A stretch of DNA of 54,562 bases, the filler included, from Sphacelaria rigidula (Eukaryota), in assembly GCA_964200075.2 (NCBI GenBank). It is 3 parts of 3 records of this genome, joined end to end, with 100 filler letters (N's around TTAATTAATTAA, not from the genome) between each part and the next. Parts side by side here need not be neighbours in the genome. Positions count along the whole stretch, not along the records: positions 36,443 to 54,562 come from CAXNAA020000912.1; 2 more parts are not named here. One strand, written 5' to 3'. The stretch's first letter is position 1, and the number at the start of each line of letters is the position of its first letter. Below are positions 49,401-54,562 of this stretch, one piece after another. Below the pieces are notes generated by a model. That model was given only the letters and a program-made list of their open reading frames with translations. It made no database searches and was not told where the DNA came from. The position numbers were made by a program, and so were the translations under genes.

Positions 49401-52400
49401 CACCGCTTCCACCGTCACACCATATGACAAGATTAGATCATGCTACAGAAGAATACGAATACGCTTCAGGTATCTTATACCGCCTTAGAGGTCGGCTTTT
49501 GGTGATTTGGGGGCATTTTTCTCAGCGTCACGCATGCGAGCAATATACTTTACACGGATCGCCTTCATTTTTGGAGGTCCAACATCAACACCACCTAAAA
49601 ATACTGAGGATTCCAAATACGTTATCAGAAAGAATCGGACGTCATCAACGTATCGAACAAACGTAACGGTCACCAACTATTGCGCAGATGCGGTATATAC
49701 AGTGCATGTACAATATTATGTCTTCATGGAACCGTCTTCTGCCGCTGCCATCCCCTGTGGGTCAGCCTGGCGCACTATCAAGCACCCACATCCGACGAAG
49801 AGCGCTCGGCATGCTGAACCTACCGCGAAACGAGTATTCAACCTTGACTACACCAACAAGCTCACACGACCAAATACGCAAACGATTCAACACAGGAGTG
49901 CAGACATAATTCCCTCTCACCCCACCCCTCCGCTACCCCGGCGCCATACTAGGAGCTGGATGCATGGTGGCCACAGACGGCGAAACAGGAGGGGGATAAG
50001 ATATGTGTGAGGTTTGTGTGTGATGTATGGGAAAAAGTAATGAGTGTCCACGCGTTGGAGATGTCTCCATTAGGAGTGGGAACGGCGCTGCCCTCGAAAG
50101 GGATGCGTGGTCAATGGCGAAATACCCAACACAAGCAACAAATGAGTTCGTCCCCCCCACATCCCGAGAGAATATCAAGGAAAGAAACAACAGCACTCAC
50201 AGGCCAGTTTCGTCCCAAGACAGTCCGAACGTGTGAAATTCGTCGCCGTAGGATTTTCCTTCTTCAAGTTCCACCGTACCAGTAGTCTGCTCGAACCCAT
50301 TCTCGCTGGGGTAAGGCCCCCAGTGCAATGTGCTCGACACAGCATTGTTGCCGCCCGGACACCAGCTACTGTCCCCGTCGTCTTTGCAATAGCCCGGAGC
50401 GTTACCTCGTGACTCCATCACATCGATTTCGCCAGACGCTGGCCAGGTGCCGTAGCTGTTGTGCTGAAAGGACATGCATGGCGGTTGACGGGGTACTCAG
50501 TGGGTGAGAGTGGTCTATAAGCATGGAGTTACTCCGGTCACAGCTACTGTTCTCACACACATACATGCCAGCAAGGACGGTGTTGCGGCTAAAAGATCAG
50601 ATCGCGACTTGGTGGGGGTCGTTGGTGTCATCGTTGATTTCGCTCGACCCTTTTGCACTTGTGTGTTCATAGGGACAAGTCTGCCACACCCCAGTTGGGG
50701 GGATGTACGAGAGATAGAACATTCGTGGAGACCTTGGCATGCGGAGTGAAGAAAGCGATCTCTGGCGGAGACCTAACTCTTGCTGGCGTGACTCATGTGG
50801 GGGCTGCAACCCTGTAATCTGAGCTTTCGCAACGATTCCATAGCTACCACCCTGTAATAGTTGGATTTGAACCGTGAGTTGTCTGTCACACCATGAAACA
50901 CCGCCTGGTTCAAGCAGCATATTCTAACGTCGTGACTAGGTGTCGGTGTATTTGATTCCAAAGCATGCATTACTCCCGTCGTTCAAAAGGAACTGAAGCT
51001 CTTGTGGCGGTAACAATGAAATTGACGGCGGATCCTTCTTGTGAATGGTGACCATGAGTGAGTGGGGACGTCGGCAACAGTGGATGTCTGCTCCAAGTCC
51101 ACGTCTGCTTCAAGCGCACAAGAACTCGACTCTGATGCCACTTTTTACCACAGCCAACCTACGCGGGCACAATGAATACCGATTACCGCACGATGCTGCT
51201 ATATGTTGCAGGAGTTAGGCTGGAAGCAGTGTCTATCCGACTTGAAAACAACGCCTGGCGGAATCACGTCGCGGACTCCCTCGCTAGTGAATCCAGCACA
51301 GGGGCGGGCGTAGTCGAATGCGGGTCATTCTATATCGGAGAAATGTTGATGTCTTGTACGTTTCAACTGTGCGGCGTGTCGGTAGCATCTAAGACGCGCT
51401 GATAGATTCAAACTTGCAAATATCGGTCTGCAAGTACAGCAAATTTCAATTTCTGACGGCCATATCGATTCATGGAAGAATAGTTCACACCGATTCGCCA
51501 GGAACCCGCTTGTGGGTTCGAGAGGGAATCTACCAGGGTCAAGGAATGGAAATTCTCGCAGCAAAAAAGGAAAAAAGGCAGGGAGAAAAAACGAATAGAA
51601 AAATAAAAGCGAGAGACAAAGTCAAGAAGAGACAAAACAAAGGAGTAAATTTACGGAATAGAGGGGTACGTAAATGACAAGGAACATGGATAAGCACCAG
51701 CCTCGAGAAATACTTCGACAAGGCCCGAATATGACTCCAAACGGGAGTTCGTACAAAATCAAGGGCGGTGAAGCGCATCGCAACTCACCCAACCCCGAAC
51801 CGTATGAGCCATGACTTTGTTTCTCGCGCACGGCTTCTCCACCCAGAGCCATACCGCAGGGAGGTGCACTCATCATCATGCATGACATCGTCACCTGACC
51901 ACTGACAATTTCTGTGTATTACATCAAGATCAGTGTTCCATCGGGGTCGGTTTCTTCTCTTGTGTTTGGCTTCGTGCCTGGTATGTCCGGGTCACCCCGT
52001 CTGTTTTACCTTTCCCCTTTTTCGAGTCACCAATTTCAGCCATTGTTTCCACTTGTTTCTCAGGGGTACGTCCATCTACCCATCTCGACTGGAAGGCTGG
52101 GGATATGAATCGCTTCGCATCCGAAAATCGACCATCAATTCATTCTTCCAAGAAGTTCCGAAGTGAGGGAACAGACGCTAGGTGTAGGTGTGACAACGGG
52201 AGAGGAAAGAATAAACGAAGCACAGCAATCTTCACCGACGTACATGAAAAAAACAAAACCAACCAAGAAGGACAGCCATAGCAGGATACCGGTGCGTCAC
52301 TTTGCTGTGACGGGTTCCGGCGTTCGTTCACCTCGGGCAAGAGCCAGATGGCCGGCCAAATCCAATCTCCAACCGGCACCTTAGCCTCGACCTCTACCCT

Positions 52401-53157
52401 CCCGTACTTCACGGAAAACCGTCCAGCCGTGGAGACGCGAGCAGACTGCACCGGGTTAAGCGCAATCCGTGCGCTGGATGAAGAACAAGAGGGGGGCAGG
52501 GACAGCATCACGTGCTTGCGAATGACCGTGCACAATGTGATATACAAACAGCACGAGGTTAGCACGTGGATTCGACCTGAAGCACTAGTACAGCACGGCC
52601 GGGAGGTCGGCGTGGAACGACCCAACGGCAACTCCTCTAACGAGCACGGAAGACGCTCAAGGGCCGACTGCTGTTGTCTCAATGCGCAGAGAGCTTCAGG
52701 AATAGGATTCTATAACTTCGGTGAGAGTATGACTCAGACCAAGGCTCACGACTGCCGACCCACGTAGCCTGCGGTATCGCGCCCCACCATTTTGGTAACA
52801 ATTCGCCAAACCCTCGAGATTGATTTGACATGTTCAAAACTACAACTGCGGTAGCTTTGTCGTCGCCACAGGATGCCGCCCTACCGCAGAGATACTGATC
52901 GTGTTATTCCGCAAATGCGAGCACGGCGCTTCTGTACTGCAAGGTAGTAATACGATGTACGGCAAGACGGTCGCCGGTGCTATTTTATACACCGCCGTCA
53001 ACGAACTCAACGGATGTAAACAACGCTTCGAACTGAGTAGGGCGCAACGTACCCCTTGTCGCTCCTCCTCTCGCAGCCCCAGTAGGCGTTGGACGTGCAC
53101 TGATCCGCCGGCGTGAGTCCCCACAGGGACAAGGTACACGGCACATCTCCGGACACG
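46346..53157 (-). CDS. GH16 beta-1,3-glucanase / laminarinase-type protein (beta-glucan-binding-protein/CCF-like); partial multi-exon gene
   Basis: Exons 53157-53053, 52473-52332, 50463-50201, 47796-47627 and 46482-46346 all have AG/GT boundaries and compatible phases (2/2, 2/0, 0/2, 2/1, 1/0), giving about 272 codons without a stop. The product includes LWGLTPADQCTSNAYWGCER, NPVQSARV, KYGRVEVEAKVPVGDWIWPAIWLLP, WPASGEIDVMESRGN (ExDxxE), STLHWGP, FHTFGLSW, APFDQGFYLIMNVAVGG and DSWYPTW. 5' exons are outside the window; the terminal exon was not located. Confidence 0.95.
46952..47270. mobile_element. hAT-type MITE in a GH16 intron
   Basis: 22-bp TIRs CAGGGCTACACACGTTACACGT / ACGTGTAACGTGTATAGCCCTG. 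8-bp TSD TCTAATAC / ATTAATAC (6/8). Internal ACGTT-rich subrepeats. Confidence 0.88.
47627..47796 (-). CDS. GH16 exon (FTYIDEPDNRVLRVPFDQPFW...APFDQGFYLIMNVAVG)
   Basis: Acceptor TATTCTAG, donor GTGAGT; PFDxxFYLIxNVAVG motif. Confidence 0.95.
48534..49379. mobile_element. Old non-autonomous TIR element with ~240-bp inverted ends in a GH16 intron
   Basis: 48534-48772 versus the reverse complement of 49152-49379 (GCATCCGCTCCAC, GGCTGACCGGT, TACCCAGCCCCAGGTTCTG). Termini CGAGCTAAACC / GGTTCAGCTTG with TT/TA flanks (Tc1/mariner-like). Confidence 0.7.
50093..50158 (-). repeat. Variant terminus of the G-rich-ended family inside a GH16 intron
   Basis: CTCGAAAGGGATGCGTGGTCAATGG...CAAGCAACAAATGAGT..CCCCCC is a near match to 87-150. 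Confidence 0.65.
50201..50463 (-). CDS. GH16 catalytic exon (HNSYGTWPASGEIDVMESRGN...FHTFGLSWDETGL)
   Basis: Acceptor TCCTTTCAG, donor GTGAGT; intact ExDxxE catalytic motif. Confidence 0.96.
52332..52473 (-). CDS. GH16 exon (ARIALNPVQSAR...WPAIWLLPE)
   Basis: Acceptor TTCTTCATCCAG, donor GTGAAC; contains YGRVEV and WPAIW motifs. Confidence 0.95.
53053..53157 (-). CDS. GH16 exon (VSGDVPCTLSLWGLTPADQCTSNAYWGCERRSDKG)
   Basis: Acceptor GACAG before 53157 (5' boundary less certain); donor GTACGT at 53052; phase 2 matches the next exon. Confidence 0.85.
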
Positions 53158-54492
53158 CTGTCGTCAGGCGGGTAGAGGCAGCGCGTACGAGCGCGGCAGC
53201 ATGGGCACCCAAGTGTAAAATACAGCGTACGGCACAACGCTATGCAGCACGACAATCGATCCACGACAAATAGGACAATGCCATATGGTGCACAAGGCAA
53301 AGGGATATGTCCGCCGTATGCTCGGGAGCACGAAGGTGGCGGATTAATAGCACAGGACGCGGTAATTGAACAGCGAATCTTACCTCGGGCAGATGTAACA
53401 CACGGGCGATGCCAAAACGTCAAAATATGTATACAGCGGGATACCGTGAAGTTCGGCATTTCATCAGCGGAGGATACGAAGACCACCACAGTAAACCTTT
53501 CGGTACCGGACATCTTCAAATGTTGATTTCAAAGTGACGTTATTCCATGCAAATCTGATCAATATTTCCCTTCGCTTCACCGTGCACTTTCGCCTAAATG
53601 CCGGCGTTGTCAGACCTGTGCACCCGTGCATATTTGGACAACTGCATGCACGCAAATTCCACGGACCCCAGTAGAGATACCTACACAAAACACGCAGCAG
53701 TATACCCTCCCCCCAGCTGTCCCCTTCAAGGGTATACACACGACCGTCAGTACCCAGTAGGAGCGTGATACAGACCACACGCTGTGTGGTAGCGATTAAC
53801 GCAACCTTCAAGTGGTGCCGTGCTGTGCAGAGCTATACTAGTGACGTGAAGCGGTGCCTTGGGGTGCCAAAGTATATGCCGCAGCCGTGAGCTGGGCCAA
53901 TAACTTATACATTGAAACGCATTACTTTTGGAAATGATCGAGAAGTAGTATTTTGTAGTGTCGGGCATGCCGTCGATATTTCCTCCATCTTTACACGAAC
54001 GATGCAATGGACAACACAACTACAAGCATGTACGGGCACCACGGAATATATGTGACCTAGCACAATTACACTCGCGATCGAAACCCAGTATCCTTGTCCC
54101 CAAGCGGGTGTTGATAGATGAGGATCTACAAGATTCTCAACACGAGCATCATTTCTTTGGTATTGGGCAAGCATGTACGGTCTGAGCCCAGCATCAGCTG
54201 TGGGCTCAACCATGATGATGACGTGAGTGAAGACAGAGAATCAAACAGTCCTTCGCGAGTCATTCACAGGACAAGAAGGCTACAACGTGTACAGCAGGGA
54301 GCGTTCGGGGTGCCTAGCAAGCTCGGCGATTTCAGCGCTTCCATACAGGCTGGGCCGCCCAAGATGAGAATAGGATTGCTCATACGCGAGTCTTAAGCTC
54401 AGTTTGGAGTCGTTTTAAATGAGATTCTGACATGATGTCCAGGACGTACATGCAAAGACCCTCAAAATCCCCCCCCCTGTTTTAATTTCTTC

Positions 54493-54562
54493 TTCGTGAG
54501 TTATTGGCGTTTTTGTTCCGGGAAAACTGTTCTGAATTGTCCCGTCGCCAATAACTCACGAA
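54493..54562. repeat. 17-bp perfect inverted repeat (TTCGTGAGTTATTGGCG...CGCCAATAACTCACGAA)
   Basis: Seen directly. The related motif GCCMMTAACTCATGAA occurs at ~46177 and ~18602. Confidence 0.75.

Noticed and set aside
36-54396. Most short ORFs in the six-frame track
   Set aside because: They overlap on both strands, often start at non-ATG codons and show no domains; expected by chance in ~50% GC eukaryotic repeat DNA.
53500-54400. Upstream GH16 exons
   Set aside because: No frame gives the expected N-terminal GH16 motifs (GGGNxEFQ, NSxVxxG); treated as intron.

Overview
Repeat-rich eukaryotic genomic DNA. The roughly 50% GC, kb-scale GT-AG introns, TTAGGG-type motifs and stramenopile-like GH16 suggest a brown alga, but this is inference only. 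The window comprises three contigs joined by artificial N44-TTAATTAATTAA-N44 linkers (18123-18222, 36343-36442), plus a 10-N gap at 7945-7954. The only clearly intact host gene is a minus-strand GH16 beta-1,3-glucanase (laminarinase-type). Five phase-compatible exons (53157-46346) carry an intact E-I-D-V-M-E motif; the 5' exons lie beyond the window and the last exon was not found. The rest is transposon debris: MITEs, a tRNA-derived SINE and LINE-like tails, dispersed and tandem repeats, long inverted repeats and several decayed ORFs I cannot assign. The most notable item is a frameshifted remnant at 22833-24040 with an XPG/FEN-type H3TH motif, a PxxDAxxxH...W...GW block and a Cys-rich finger, the C-terminal architecture of AcademX DNA transposons. 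It sits next to a USP-like protease remnant, between telomere-repeat-tipped inverted repeats 13.7 kb apart. No CRISPR array, rRNA or functional tRNA was found. All homology calls and identities are by eye; no database search was run.
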